In this document: piece by piece, positions 19,763 through 29,446 of the stretch | Position numbering within the stretch: position 1 is the first letter of the stretch | How the letters are laid out: each line of letters starts with the position of its first letter | Assembly: GCA_964250735.1 (NCBI GenBank) | Contig: CAXUHA010000011.1 | Span: forward strand, 25,102-89,101 | Direction: 5' to 3' | Length of the DNA stretch: 64,000 nt | Origin: an uncultured Nakamurella sp. | GTDB lineage: Bacteria > Actinomycetota > Actinomycetes > Mycobacteriales > Nakamurellaceae | Made by a program: the position numbers and the translations under genes | The notes under the pieces: model-generated | Told to the model about the DNA's origin: nothing | The model's input: only the letters and a program-made list of their open reading frames with translations | Databases searched by the model: none

Positions 19763-19808
19763 GCCTGCGGTGGTCGGCGCGGACTTCGCGGGTGCTTATC
19801 GTGAACAG

Positions 19809-21269
19809 GTGAGCGTCGACGTCCGCACCGTGATCGATCCGGCCGAGCTGGCGGTGTGCCTGCGCGTCATCGGGCAGACCGAGCTGCTGCCGCCCGAGCA
19901 TCCGGACGCGATCGCCGTTCGCCGCGCCACCGCCCGCATCTTCAAGAGCGTCAAGCACGCCCGCCGGGCGGAACGACGGGACGCCGTGTCCACCGCTGAC
20001 CAGGCCGTGGTGGCGGCGACCGCTACCGGGTCGCCGCAGCGCATCGACGACGAGACCGAGGGCATCCCGCTGGTGTCGAACGCCTCCGGTGCCCTGGCCG
20101 GGGTCTTCCGGCGGGCCCGTCCCTGCTACATCTGCAAGAACGATTACACCGAGGTCGACGCGTTCTACCATCAGCTCTGCCCGACCTGCGCCGCGGTCAA
20201 CCGCGGGCACCGGGACGCCCGCACCGACCTGACCGGACGTCGAGCCCTGCTCACCGGCGGCCGCGCGAAGATCGGCATGTACATCGCTCTGCGACTGCTG
20301 CGGGACGGGGCGCACACCACCATCACCACCCGCTTCCCCCATGACGCGGTGCGCCGTTTCACCTCGATGCCCGACAGTGCGGACTGGCTGCACCGACTGC
20401 GGATCGTCGGCATCGACCTGCGCGATCCGGCGCAGGTGGCCGCACTGGCCGATTCGGTGGCCGCCGCCGGCCCGCTGGACATCCTGATCAACAACGCCGC
20501 CCAGACGGTGCGCCGCTCGCCCGGGGCGTATGCGCCGCTGACCGAGGCGGAGGCCGATCCACTCCCCGACGGCCCGCTCCCGGAGCTGCTGACCTTCGAC
20601 CACGTGTCCGACGCCCATCCGAGCGCGCTGGCCGGTTCGCTGTCGACGCATCCCCGGCCACACCCTCTCGACGGACTGCCGGGCCAGGAACTTTCCAGGC
20701 TGGCGCTGCTGGCCGGATCGGCCTCCGCACACCTGGTGCCGGCCGGCCGGGCCATCGACGCCGGCGGCCTGGTGCCCGACGTGTGCGAGGTCAACAGTTG
20801 GACGCAGCGCATCCACGAGGTGGATCCACTCGAGCTGCTGGAAGTCCAGCTGTGCAACACGACGGCGCCGTTCATCCTGATCAGCCGGCTGCGCGCGGCG
20901 ATGGCGGCCAGCCCGGCCCGGCGCACCTACGTGGTCAACGTGTCGGCGATGGAGGGGGTCTTCGGGCGCGGCTACAAGGGCCCCGGACATCCGCACACCA
21001 ACATGGCCAAGGCCGCGCTGAACATGCTGACCCGGACCAGCGCGACCGAGATGCTGGCCGACGGAATCCTGATGACGGCCGTCGACACCGGCTGGATCAC
21101 CGACGAGCGGCCGCACCACACCAAGGTGCGGCTGGCCCAGGAGGGCTTTCACGCCCCGTTGGACCTGGTCGACGGCGCGGCCCGGGTCTACGACCCGATC
21201 GTGCGGGGCGAAGCGGGCGTCGACCTCTACGGCTGCTTCCTCAAGGACTACCGGCCCGCGGCCTGGTGA
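19809..21269 (+). CDS. SDR oxidoreductase with N-terminal CxxC...CxxC region
   Basis: CYICK...LCPTC, TGGRAKIG, NNAAQT, HPHTNMAKAALNM, VDTGWITDE. Confidence 0.88.
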   Translation: MSVDVRTVIDPAELAVCLRVIGQTELLPPEHPDAIAVRRATARIFKSVKHARRAERRDAVSTADQAVVAATATGSPQRIDDETEGIPLVSNASGALAGVFRRARPCYICKNDYTEVDAFYHQLCPTCAAVNRGHRDARTDLTGRRALLTGGRAKIGMYIALRLLRDGAHTTITTRFPHDAVRRFTSMPDSADWLHRLRIVGIDLRDPAQVAALADSVAAAGPLDILINNAAQTVRRSPGAYAPLTEAEADPLPDGPLPELLTFDHVSDAHPSALAGSLSTHPRPHPLDGLPGQELSRLALLAGSASAHLVPAGRAIDAGGLVPDVCEVNSWTQRIHEVDPLELLEVQLCNTTAPFILISRLRAAMAASPARRTYVVNVSAMEGVFGRGYKGPGHPHTNMAKAALNMLTRTSATEMLADGILMTAVDTGWITDERPHHTKVRLAQEGFHAPLDLVDGAARVYDPIVRGEAGVDLYGCFLKDYRPAAW

Positions 21270-21308
21270 GCCGTGCGGCCGGGTTGCGCGCGCGGCTGCT
21301 GGTCGGTG

Positions 21309-21419
21309 GCGTCTTGGCAACGGCAGCGCGTCTTGGCAACGGCAGCACTGTCTGGGCAGGCGCCGTGGGCGATGCCAGGACCGCGCAACCGTTGCCAGGT
21401 CGGCGCAACCGTTGCCAGG
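21309..21419. repeat. Composite intergenic element: a 19-bp tandem pair followed by an inverted-sense 17-bp pair
   Basis: GCGTCTTGGCAACGGCAGC x2 (21309-21346), then GCGCAACCGTTGCCAGG x2 (21383, 21403); the cores TGGCAACGG and CCGTTGCCA are complementary. Confidence 0.85.
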
Positions 21420-21457
21420 CGACCCAACCAGCCCCCGGAACCGCAACCGGCCCAGAC

Positions 21458-22015
21458 TCAGGCAGTGCGCGGGTCGGTCCTCAACAGGCCGGCGATCCAG
21501 ATGTCGCGGGGCACGCCACGCTGGAACCCCCGTGCCCGCAGCGTGCCCTCGAACCGGAAACCACAACGCTCGGCGACCCGCAGCGATGCGTCATTCCCCA
21601 CGTAGGCCTGCCATTCGACCCGGCGGAAGGCCAGGTCGTCGAACGCCCAATCACAGATCACCCGCATCGCGGCGGTGGCCACACCCCGACCCCGGTGCTG
21701 TGGGCCGACCCAGTATCCGACCTCCACCACGCCGTCCTCGGGAATGTCGACGAAGCCGATGGAACCGAGCAGGGCTGTTTCGGCGTCGTCCACAATGGCG
21801 AACGAGGCCAGGCCCTGGACCCACCGCAGGGCGCAGCCGGCCAGGAACTGCTCGGCATGTTCGGGCAGGTACGGACTCGGCAGGGTGGTCCAGCGCTGGG
21901 TCTCCGGGTCCTGGCAGTTGAGCAGCAGCTGGGTCAGGTCCTCCGGCGTCCAGGTGCGCAGCATGACACCGCGACCCCGCAGCGTCGTCCCCTCGTCCAG
22001 TTCGAGCTCCCGCAC
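21458..22015 (-). CDS. RimJ/RimL-type GNAT N-acetyltransferase
   Basis: EVGYWV, RGRGVATAA, NDASLRVAERCGF.FEG.LR. Confidence 0.92.
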   Translation of the reverse strand: MRELELDEGTTLRGRGVMLRTWTPEDLTQLLLNCQDPETQRWTTLPSPYLPEHAEQFLAGCALRWVQGLASFAIVDDAETALLGSIGFVDIPEDGVVEVGYWVGPQHRGRGVATAAMRVICDWAFDDLAFRRVEWQAYVGNDASLRVAERCGFRFEGTLRARGFQRGVPRDIWIAGLLRTDPRTA

Positions 22016-22120
22016 CCGTTCGACAATGCCAGCTGACCGACGGTCCGGCCAGTGCGACCACCATCCCGACCGCGGCCGAGCCGATCGACCGTCCCCGCCG
22101 GGCCTGGCACACTGTCCGGC

Positions 22121-23008
22121 ATGCCCGAGTTACCCGAGGTCAGCGCGCTCGCCGCGTTCGTCGCGGAGCACGCCGGCGGTCAGCACGTCGTCGGTCTGTC
22201 GGTCGCCTCGCTCAATGTGCTGACCACCTACGACCCGCCGGCGTCCGCTCTGGTCGGCCGGGTGGTGTCCGGCGCGACCCGGCACGGCAAGTTCCTGGAT
22301 GTGATCACCGTTCCGGACGGCGAACCCGGTGGTCCGCCGCTGCATCTGGTCGTGCATCTGGCCCGCGCCGGGTGGCTCCGTTGGTCGGACAACATCTCGG
22401 CCGTACCGCCCAAGATCGGCGGACCGATCGCCCTGCGCGTTCGCTTCGAATCCGGTGGCTTCGACATCACCGAGGCGGGCACGAAGAAGTCCGTCGCGGC
22501 CGCCGTGGTCGGCGACCCACAGCAGGTGCCGGGCATCGCCCGCCTCGGACCGGACGCCATGGGTGTGGACGGAACCGGCCTGCGGCGTGACGAATTGGCC
22601 GCCGCGCTGGCCGGCCGGCCGGGCCGGATCAAGAACGTGTTGACCGACCAGAGCGTGCTGGCCGGCATCGGGAACGCCTATTCCGACGAGATCCTGCATA
22701 CGGCCAAGATCTCCCCCTTCGCGACGGCCGGCAAATTGGACGCGGAGACTCTCGATCGGCTGCACGCCGCCATCATCTCGGTGTTGACCGCCGCCATCGC
22801 CCGAACGGTCGGCGCGGGCGCCGCCCGGTTGAAGGGGGAGAAGCGGACCGGAATGCGGGTGCACGCCCGGACCGGACTGCCGTGCCCGGTGTGCGGGGGC
22901 ACCGTCGCCGAGGTGTCGTTCGCCGACCGGTCGTTCCAGTACTGCCCGACCTGCCAGACCGGCGGGAAGCTGCTCGCCGACCGGCGGCTGTCCCGACTGA
23001 TCAAGTAA
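22121..23008 (+). CDS. Fpg/Nei-family DNA glycosylase
   Basis: N-terminal MPELPEV, RHGKFL, AGIGNAYSDEILH, zinc finger CPVC...CPTCQ. Confidence 0.95.
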   Translation: MPELPEVSALAAFVAEHAGGQHVVGLSVASLNVLTTYDPPASALVGRVVSGATRHGKFLDVITVPDGEPGGPPLHLVVHLARAGWLRWSDNISAVPPKIGGPIALRVRFESGGFDITEAGTKKSVAAAVVGDPQQVPGIARLGPDAMGVDGTGLRRDELAAALAGRPGRIKNVLTDQSVLAGIGNAYSDEILHTAKISPFATAGKLDAETLDRLHAAIISVLTAAIARTVGAGAARLKGEKRTGMRVHARTGLPCPVCGGTVAEVSFADRSFQYCPTCQTGGKLLADRRLSRLIK

Positions 23009-23062
23009 CACCGTCCCGATTAAGTGACAACGGCGGTGCAAGGGCAGAATGGCGAGGTGAGC

Positions 23063-23389
23063 ATGCCTGGAAATACGGAGATCTCGACCGGCGAACTCCC
23101 GTCGGACCGTGTGCTGCTCGACGTCCGGGAGCAGCAGGAGTGGACCGCGGGCCACGCCCCCGACGCGGTACACATACCGATGAGCGAACTTTCCGGGCGG
23201 CTCGACGACGTTCCGGACGCCGCCCCCCTCTACGTGATCTGCCGGTCGGGCGGCCGCTCCGACCGGGTCACCCGATACCTCAACGACAACGGGTGGGAGG
23301 CCGTCAACGTGGTGGACGGCATGTCCGGCTGGGCCGCGTCGGGTCTGCCGTTGGTGTCCGAATCGGGTGCCCCGCCCACGGTGATCTGA
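23063..23389 (+). CDS. Rhodanese-like protein
   Basis: LLDVRE..EW.AGHAP, CRSGGRS, GMSGW. Confidence 0.92.
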   Translation: MPGNTEISTGELPSDRVLLDVREQQEWTAGHAPDAVHIPMSELSGRLDDVPDAAPLYVICRSGGRSDRVTRYLNDNGWEAVNVVDGMSGWAASGLPLVSESGAPPTVI

Positions 23390-23390
23390 G

Positions 23391-24329
23391 GTGGCGGGTC
23401 CTCCACAGCCATCTCGGCTTCAGCCGGCACGGTGGCGGGCCGATCCGCCGCCCACCGCGATCCGACAGCGTCGGACCGGGCCGGTTCGTCCGCGCCCTTA
23501 TCCGGGTCCCCCTGCCTACCGCGGCCACCATCCGCGCTGGGGTTTCCCGCCGGTCGTGTGGCGGGAGGCCACGGTCGGCGCTCCGGCCGGTCCGCCCCGG
23601 AACGCCACCGTCCTGTTGCGGGTGGCGATACACCTCTGCGTCCGGACGTTCCTGGTCGCGGCGGTCGCCGCCGGTGGTGAGGCCTGGCGTTACTCCCTGC
23701 TGCTGCGGGGCCGAACCGAGGTGTTGCCCGGCCGGTTGGTGAAAAGTTCGGACCTGGTGGTCGACATCGCCGGGACGGCCGCGACGGTGCTGGGCCTGGC
23801 CGCCGCCGTCGCCGTGGTCGCCACGCTGGTCCGGTTGCACGGCCTGGCCGCGTTACGGGCCGGACGACCGCCGAGTCGGCGGCCGGCCTCGGTGCTGGCC
23901 CGGTTGATCGTCCCCGGCTGGAACATCTACGGCCTCGGTGTGGTCGCCGGCGAGATCGAGGCCCAGCTGACCGCCCCGGAGGATGACCGACGTCCAAGGC
24001 TGTCCGCGCTGGTGCTCACCTGGTGGTGTTTCTGGACGGTCGACGCGGTCCTGGTCCTTCTCACCCTGGGTCGGGCGTTCGGTCGCAGTGAGCAGTCGAT
24101 GGCGGACGCCGTCGAACTGCACATCTTCCTGGACCTGGCCGCGGCCGTGGTTGCGTTGCTCGCGGCGCTGGTCCTGCGCCGGTTCCGGCGGCTGCTGACC
24201 GAACCCCCCGCGGGCCACCTCTCGACGTGGGTGGTCCTGCCGCCGGCACCGACCCGCGGCCTCGACCCCCCGGCGCCTACCCCGGGAGTGGCGGCGCCCG
24301 GGTCGGAGCCGGCCATGACCAGGCCCTGA
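23391..24329 (+). CDS. DUF4328-domain membrane protein
   Basis: YRGHHPRWGF, EAWRY.LL..GR, LIVPGWN; position next to rhodanese. Confidence 0.7.
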   Translation: MAGPPQPSRLQPARWRADPPPTAIRQRRTGPVRPRPYPGPPAYRGHHPRWGFPPVVWREATVGAPAGPPRNATVLLRVAIHLCVRTFLVAAVAAGGEAWRYSLLLRGRTEVLPGRLVKSSDLVVDIAGTAATVLGLAAAVAVVATLVRLHGLAALRAGRPPSRRPASVLARLIVPGWNIYGLGVVAGEIEAQLTAPEDDRRPRLSALVLTWWCFWTVDAVLVLLTLGRAFGRSEQSMADAVELHIFLDLAAAVVALLAALVLRRFRRLLTEPPAGHLSTWVVLPPAPTRGLDPPAPTPGVAAPGSEPAMTRP

Positions 24330-24381
24330 GGGCGGAACGCATCGGATTCTGGGGCCGGTTCGGATCGGATACGGTGACGCG

Positions 24382-25329
24382 GTGTCGAAGAAAACCAGAG
24401 TGCGCCCGGCGGCGCCCGCCAACGATGGCCGGGACTCCGCCGACAACCCCCGGCGGCCGTGCCCATGCGGTTCGGGGCGGCGCTACAAGGCGTGCCACGG
24501 CGCTGCCGACGCTGCCGAGATGATCGTGGCCCGTCCCTTCCACGGGTTGGCCGCCGAAACCGAGCTCATCGCCCTTCGCGAGTTCGTCCCGTCCGCGACC
24601 GTCCCGTTGACGTTGCTCGAACCGGTGGCACAGGTGCCGTCCGTCACCCTGGCCACCGTGCTGCCGGCCGCGGCCGCCGCGCTGACCAGGGCCGACCGGT
24701 CCGTTCTGCTCGGCCTGCAGGTGCAGACCCACTCCGGTGACCTGTCCCGGGACCTGGCGGTCGCCCTCGAATGGGCGTTGGCCGCGGAACCGTCCAGTGT
24801 GCTGCCCGTGGTGGGCCGGGCCTCGCTCGGCCCGCGTTTCGACGCGTTGGTCGTCGACGAACCGTTCCAGGTCACCGTGCACGACTCGTTCGGTTGGTGG
24901 CTGGAGGAGGAACCGGAGCCGGGCAGTGAGGTGGCGGTGTCATTGGAGCGGGCCAACACGGCGATCACGCCGACCGCCCGGGTGGCGGACCTGCCCGGAG
25001 CCTATTGGGTCGATGCGGGAGAGAAGGCCCATCTGCGCTGGGTCCGGCCCGAGGACGAGCAACCGTTGATGGCTGCTCTGGCGCGGCTCGCCGTCGACGA
25101 CGAACTGGGTCTTGGCGCCGGCTCGCGCTACGTGGGATCGTTCCGGGCGCATGGACGGCTGGTGCCGGTCTGGGATCTCGATCGGGACGCCCACCCGTCC
25201 GAATGGGATGAGCCCGTACGGGATTTCGCGGCGCGGTTGGACAGGGCGCTGGCCGTGGACACGCCGATGACGCCCGCCCACCGTCGCGCCCGCGACGGCA
25301 TTCTGGGTCGCCAGTTCACCCTGCGGTAG
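24382..25329 (+). CDS. DUF5926-family protein with SEC-C motif
   Basis: PCPCGSGRRYKACHG, RPFHGLA.E.ELIALREFVPSAT, GSFRAHG.LVPVWDL. Confidence 0.85.
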   Translation: MSKKTRVRPAAPANDGRDSADNPRRPCPCGSGRRYKACHGAADAAEMIVARPFHGLAAETELIALREFVPSATVPLTLLEPVAQVPSVTLATVLPAAAAALTRADRSVLLGLQVQTHSGDLSRDLAVALEWALAAEPSSVLPVVGRASLGPRFDALVVDEPFQVTVHDSFGWWLEEEPEPGSEVAVSLERANTAITPTARVADLPGAYWVDAGEKAHLRWVRPEDEQPLMAALARLAVDDELGLGAGSRYVGSFRAHGRLVPVWDLDRDAHPSEWDEPVRDFAARLDRALAVDTPMTPAHRRARDGILGRQFTLR

Positions 25330-25356
25330 TCCGGGCCGCCCCCCACCGGCCGGCGG

Positions 25357-26214
25357 TCAGGGCAGCCAGCTGACGTGCCCCTTGAGTAGCGGGTAGCCGA
25401 CCAGGGTGACAATGTCGATCAACGAATGCGCGATGATCAGCGGCCAGATTCGGCGGAACCGCAGGTAGAACCAGGCGAAGATGATCCCCATGACGGCGTT
25501 GCCGACAAACGCGCCGTACCCCTGGTAGAGGTGATAGGTCCCGCGGAGCACCGCACTGGCCAGGATCACCGCCGCGGTGGGCCAGCGAAGCTGCTGCGTC
25601 CGGGTGGTCAGATACCCGACCACCAGCACCTCTTCCAGAAACCCGTTCTTGATCGCGATGAGGACGGTGACCGGCACCCGCCACCAGACGTCGGTCATGG
25701 TGGAGGCCTGGACGGTCAGGCTGAGGCCCAGATGGTTGGACAGCAGGTACAGCCCGAGCCCCGGGATGCCGATGAGGGCCGCCAGTCCGAACCCGGTGCC
25801 CAAGTCCCAGCCGGGCCGGCGCAGTTCAAGGCCGAGCCGTGTGGCCAGCGAAAATCCCGCGCGCCACAACAGGTACAGCCCAAGTGCCCCCCACGCGAGC
25901 CCACTGATGACCGCCAGCAGTTGGTAGATCAGGTCGATGGGGCCGACGGTCGATTTCGGCGCCGCGACGGCGACGGCGAAGTGGCTGATGGTGACTTTGG
26001 CCTGGGCCGCCTTGACGGCCGTCTCGATCAGGCTGACCAGGGAAGTGAGCCCACTCATCCCGAGCGTGATGAGAAAAACGACGGTCAACTCGACGCCGAT
26101 GGAGGCCGGTGTGTCGCGGCGGTCGATCAGTGCGACATCGTCAACGGGCCTGATGGCCGCCCACGTCGCACGTCGACGTGGCTCGGCGGCAATGGGTGGT
26201 TTCGGACTGGTCAT
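25357..26214 (-). CDS. CPBP/Abi-family intramembrane metalloprotease
   Basis: EEVLVVGY, RGTYHLYQG, PLIIAH.LID. Confidence 0.9.
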   Translation of the reverse strand: MTSPKPPIAAEPRRRATWAAIRPVDDVALIDRRDTPASIGVELTVVFLITLGMSGLTSLVSLIETAVKAAQAKVTISHFAVAVAAPKSTVGPIDLIYQLLAVISGLAWGALGLYLLWRAGFSLATRLGLELRRPGWDLGTGFGLAALIGIPGLGLYLLSNHLGLSLTVQASTMTDVWWRVPVTVLIAIKNGFLEEVLVVGYLTTRTQQLRWPTAAVILASAVLRGTYHLYQGYGAFVGNAVMGIIFAWFYLRFRRIWPLIIAHSLIDIVTLVGYPLLKGHVSWLP

Positions 26215-26472
26215 GACCCCGACAGCGTAGGTCCGCGACGTGGGGCCGACGTGTGGACCGCATCGGCGCACACCGCCGGGAGTGGTCGGCCGGGGCACCG
26301 GCTTGGATTCGAGGGCCCATCGTCCGCCTGTCATGGCGGTCGCGACCCGGTCGCGAGGCATAGTTGGCACCGGGAAGTCGGCACCGGGAACCGACCGGTG
26401 ATGCACACGTCTTTCCCACGCGGGTGATCCGGCCCGACCGCACGTGGGGTTCTTCTTTCAGGAGACAAGCTG

Positions 26473-27852
26473 TTGACCAGAGCCAGAAACGCGGTTCGAC
26501 GACGCTCGCGGACGAGCAATGGCTGCCGCGCCCTGCTCTCGCTGGTTCTCTGTTGTTCACTTCTTCTCCTCGCGTGCACCAGCGGCCGGGAGTCGGTCGT
26601 CACGGTGACGGACGATGTGACGTCCCGACCCAACGCGGTAGCCGGTTCCTCATCGGGCGGTGCTCCCCGCACCTCGTCTTCGCCCGGCTCCACGCCGTCG
26701 ACCGCCACCTCCGGTCCGTCGACCTCCGCGCCCCGGAGCATCGCGATCACGGTCCCGCCCAACGTCAACGGTGGAGTCGCCGCGGGTGGCACCGAGCCGG
26801 ACGGTTTCAAGATCGCCAAATTGAGGTCGGGGCAAAAAGCCCCGCAGTTCATCGTCTTCTCCTTCGACGGTGTCGGCTGGGATCAGAAATGGCAGTACTG
26901 GTTCGGCCTCATGGGCAAGGTGCCGCTACATTTCACCGGCTTTCTGTCCGGCACCTATCTGCTCAGCGACCAGACCAAGAACAAGTACCAGGGCCCGGGC
27001 CATGCCCCCGGGAAGTCCTCCATCGGCTGGGATGGTCCGTCCGACGTTCCGGTCGAGATCAACAACCTGAATAGGTCGCTGTCCATGGGCAACGAGGTGG
27101 GCACCCATTTCAACGGCCATTTCTGCGACGACAACCCTCCCGGTGGCAACGACTGGAACACCGCCGACTGGACGAACGAGCTCGATCAGTTCTTCTCCCT
27201 GCTGCGCAACGTCGACGTCAACAACGGCATCACGGCGAAACTCAACGTCGCGGCACCCGAGGTCAAGGGTGAGCGAACGCCGTGTTTGACCGGGCACAAG
27301 GAGGATTTGTATCCCGCGCTGGAAGCGCGCGGCATGACGTACGACAGCTCGTTCACCAGGACGGGACTCTCCTGGCCGACCAAGAGCGCCGACGGCAAGA
27401 TCTGGGAGTTGGGCATGTCGCAATTTCCGCTGCACGGCACCGGGCACCCACAGATCACCATGGATTACAACTTCTACGCCCAACAGGAACCGGATACGGT
27501 GGCCGGTGGCCCGGAGCCCTCAGCGGCCCAGAGTAAAGCCGACTCCGCCCAGGTCCTGGCCACCTACCAGGACATGCTCAAGGCGGCCACGACCGACGGG
27601 GTGAACGAGCCGATCATCATCGGAAACCACTTCAACGACTGGAACAACAATGCGTATTCCGACGCGGTCGCCAACTTCGCCCTGGCCGCATGCGGCCGGC
27701 CGGGAATCTACTGCGTCCCGTTCCGCGACCTGGTCGACTGGCTGAACGCGCAGGATCCGAAGGTCATCGCGGCACTGCAGAACCACCAGTCGAATCTGGG
27801 CGGCTGCCCGTACCAGAAGTGGCCCAGGTGCGACGGATTGATCAAGTACTGA
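26473..27852 (+). CDS. Lipoprotein with NodB/polysaccharide deacetylase-like domain (paralog 1)
   Basis: Lipobox LLAC, Ser/Thr linker, PQFIVFSFDG, NEVGTHFNGH, RTPCL, YDSS, MDYNF, GNHF. Confidence 0.85.
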   Translation: MTRARNAVRRRSRTSNGCRALLSLVLCCSLLLLACTSGRESVVTVTDDVTSRPNAVAGSSSGGAPRTSSSPGSTPSTATSGPSTSAPRSIAITVPPNVNGGVAAGGTEPDGFKIAKLRSGQKAPQFIVFSFDGVGWDQKWQYWFGLMGKVPLHFTGFLSGTYLLSDQTKNKYQGPGHAPGKSSIGWDGPSDVPVEINNLNRSLSMGNEVGTHFNGHFCDDNPPGGNDWNTADWTNELDQFFSLLRNVDVNNGITAKLNVAAPEVKGERTPCLTGHKEDLYPALEARGMTYDSSFTRTGLSWPTKSADGKIWELGMSQFPLHGTGHPQITMDYNFYAQQEPDTVAGGPEPSAAQSKADSAQVLATYQDMLKAATTDGVNEPIIIGNHFNDWNNNAYSDAVANFALAACGRPGIYCVPFRDLVDWLNAQDPKVIAALQNHQSNLGGCPYQKWPRCDGLIKY

Positions 27853-27961
27853 GCGTGCTTTGCTTGCTGGCATACTGGGACGCCCCGCGCGGCCCGCTTC
27901 CAACGAGCGTGAGTCTGCCGGCCACGCCGACTCGCTGGGCTGGTATCGAACCGGAGGAGCT

Positions 27962-29299
27962 GTGACACTACGCATGCACGGTCGACGGCGGTGGCGCGCG
28001 CGCAGTCGGCGCGTTGCGGTCGGCGCGACGCTCTGCGCGGCGCTGCTGGTGTCGGCCTGCAGCAATGCGAATCCCGGCGGCCCGATGGTGACGGTGACCG
28101 ACGACGTGAGGGTCCCGATGACGTCCGCAGCGACCCACATCGCTGCCACTGGTACCACCCGAGTTGGCCAGACCGGTAGGAGGAACACCGCAACCGCCGG
28201 CGCGCCGATGCGGCCGACAAACCGGTCACCGGGCTCGGCGACCGGCCTGCCGGGCTCGACCAGCCTCCCCGCGGCCGCACCCGGCGCCCAACCGGACGGG
28301 TTCGTTCCCACCAGGCTCGCACCGGGGGAGAAGGCACCGCAGTTCATCGTGGTCAGCTTCGACGGAGTCGGCTGGCACGAGAAGTGGCAGTACTGGTTTT
28401 CCATCATGGCCAAGGTGCCATTCCGTTTCACCGGTTTCCTCTCCGGAACGTACATGCTCAGCTCCGACACCAAGAGCAAATACCACGGGCCGGGGCACGC
28501 CGCAGGCAAGTCGTCGATCAGCTGGAATTCCCCGGCAGACGTTCTTCTCGAAGTGGATGACCTCAATAAGTCGCTGGCTGCCGGGAACGAGATCGGCACC
28601 CACTTCAACGGTCATTTCTGCAGTAACAACCCCCCCGGCGGAAACGACTGGAACACCGACGACTGGAACAACGAGCTGGACCAGTTCTTCTCGCTGGTGA
28701 AGAACGTCACCGTCAACAACGGTCTCCCGGCCTCCACCAAGCTGAACCTGGGGCCGGGCGAGGTGAAGGGGGGACGTACCCCGTGCCTGGAGGGCCATGC
28801 GGCGGACCTGTTCCCGGCGTTGAAATCCCACGGCATGACGTACGACTCGTCGTTCACCCGCCGCGGCATCTCCTGGCCCACCCAGGACAAGGGCACCAAG
28901 ATCTGGCAACTCGGCATGGCCGAATTCCCGATGCACGGGACACATCATTATCAGATCACCATGGACTACAACTTCTACTACAGCCAGGAGAACGCGAGTT
29001 CCAACGGCGTACCGCCCGACAAGAGCGCGGCCGATTCCGCGCAGGTCCGGGCGACCTACCAGGACATGTACGACGCGACCTACCACGGGAACCGGGCGCC
29101 GCTGATCCTGGGCAACCACTTCAACGCCTGGAACAACAACGCCTATTCCGACGCCATCGGGCAATTCGTCCTGGCCAACTGCGGCAAACCCGATACCTAC
29201 TGCGTCCCGTTCCGCGACGTGATCGCCTGGATGAACATCCAGGACCCGGCGAGGCTGGCCGCGCTGCAGGCGCAGGGCCCGGAGCTGCACGCCCGCTGA
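27962..29299 (+). CDS. Lipoprotein with NodB/polysaccharide deacetylase-like domain (paralog 2)
   Basis: GGAGGA plus GTG; lipobox VSAC; same motif set as paralog 1. Confidence 0.85.
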   Translation: MTLRMHGRRRWRARSRRVAVGATLCAALLVSACSNANPGGPMVTVTDDVRVPMTSAATHIAATGTTRVGQTGRRNTATAGAPMRPTNRSPGSATGLPGSTSLPAAAPGAQPDGFVPTRLAPGEKAPQFIVVSFDGVGWHEKWQYWFSIMAKVPFRFTGFLSGTYMLSSDTKSKYHGPGHAAGKSSISWNSPADVLLEVDDLNKSLAAGNEIGTHFNGHFCSNNPPGGNDWNTDDWNNELDQFFSLVKNVTVNNGLPASTKLNLGPGEVKGGRTPCLEGHAADLFPALKSHGMTYDSSFTRRGISWPTQDKGTKIWQLGMAEFPMHGTHHYQITMDYNFYYSQENASSNGVPPDKSAADSAQVRATYQDMYDATYHGNRAPLILGNHFNAWNNNAYSDAIGQFVLANCGKPDTYCVPFRDVIAWMNIQDPARLAALQAQGPELHAR

Positions 29300-29446
29300 G
29301 CCGGCCGATCCCAGTAGCGTCCATGGGCGCTCGGCTCAGATTCTCACTCGACGGTGACGACCATTGTGTAAGTAACGGCCGGTACCTCCTGCCGCGCAAG
29401 GCATGGGCCCGCACCACGACGCGCCGAAGGCCCGGCAATAGCCCGT

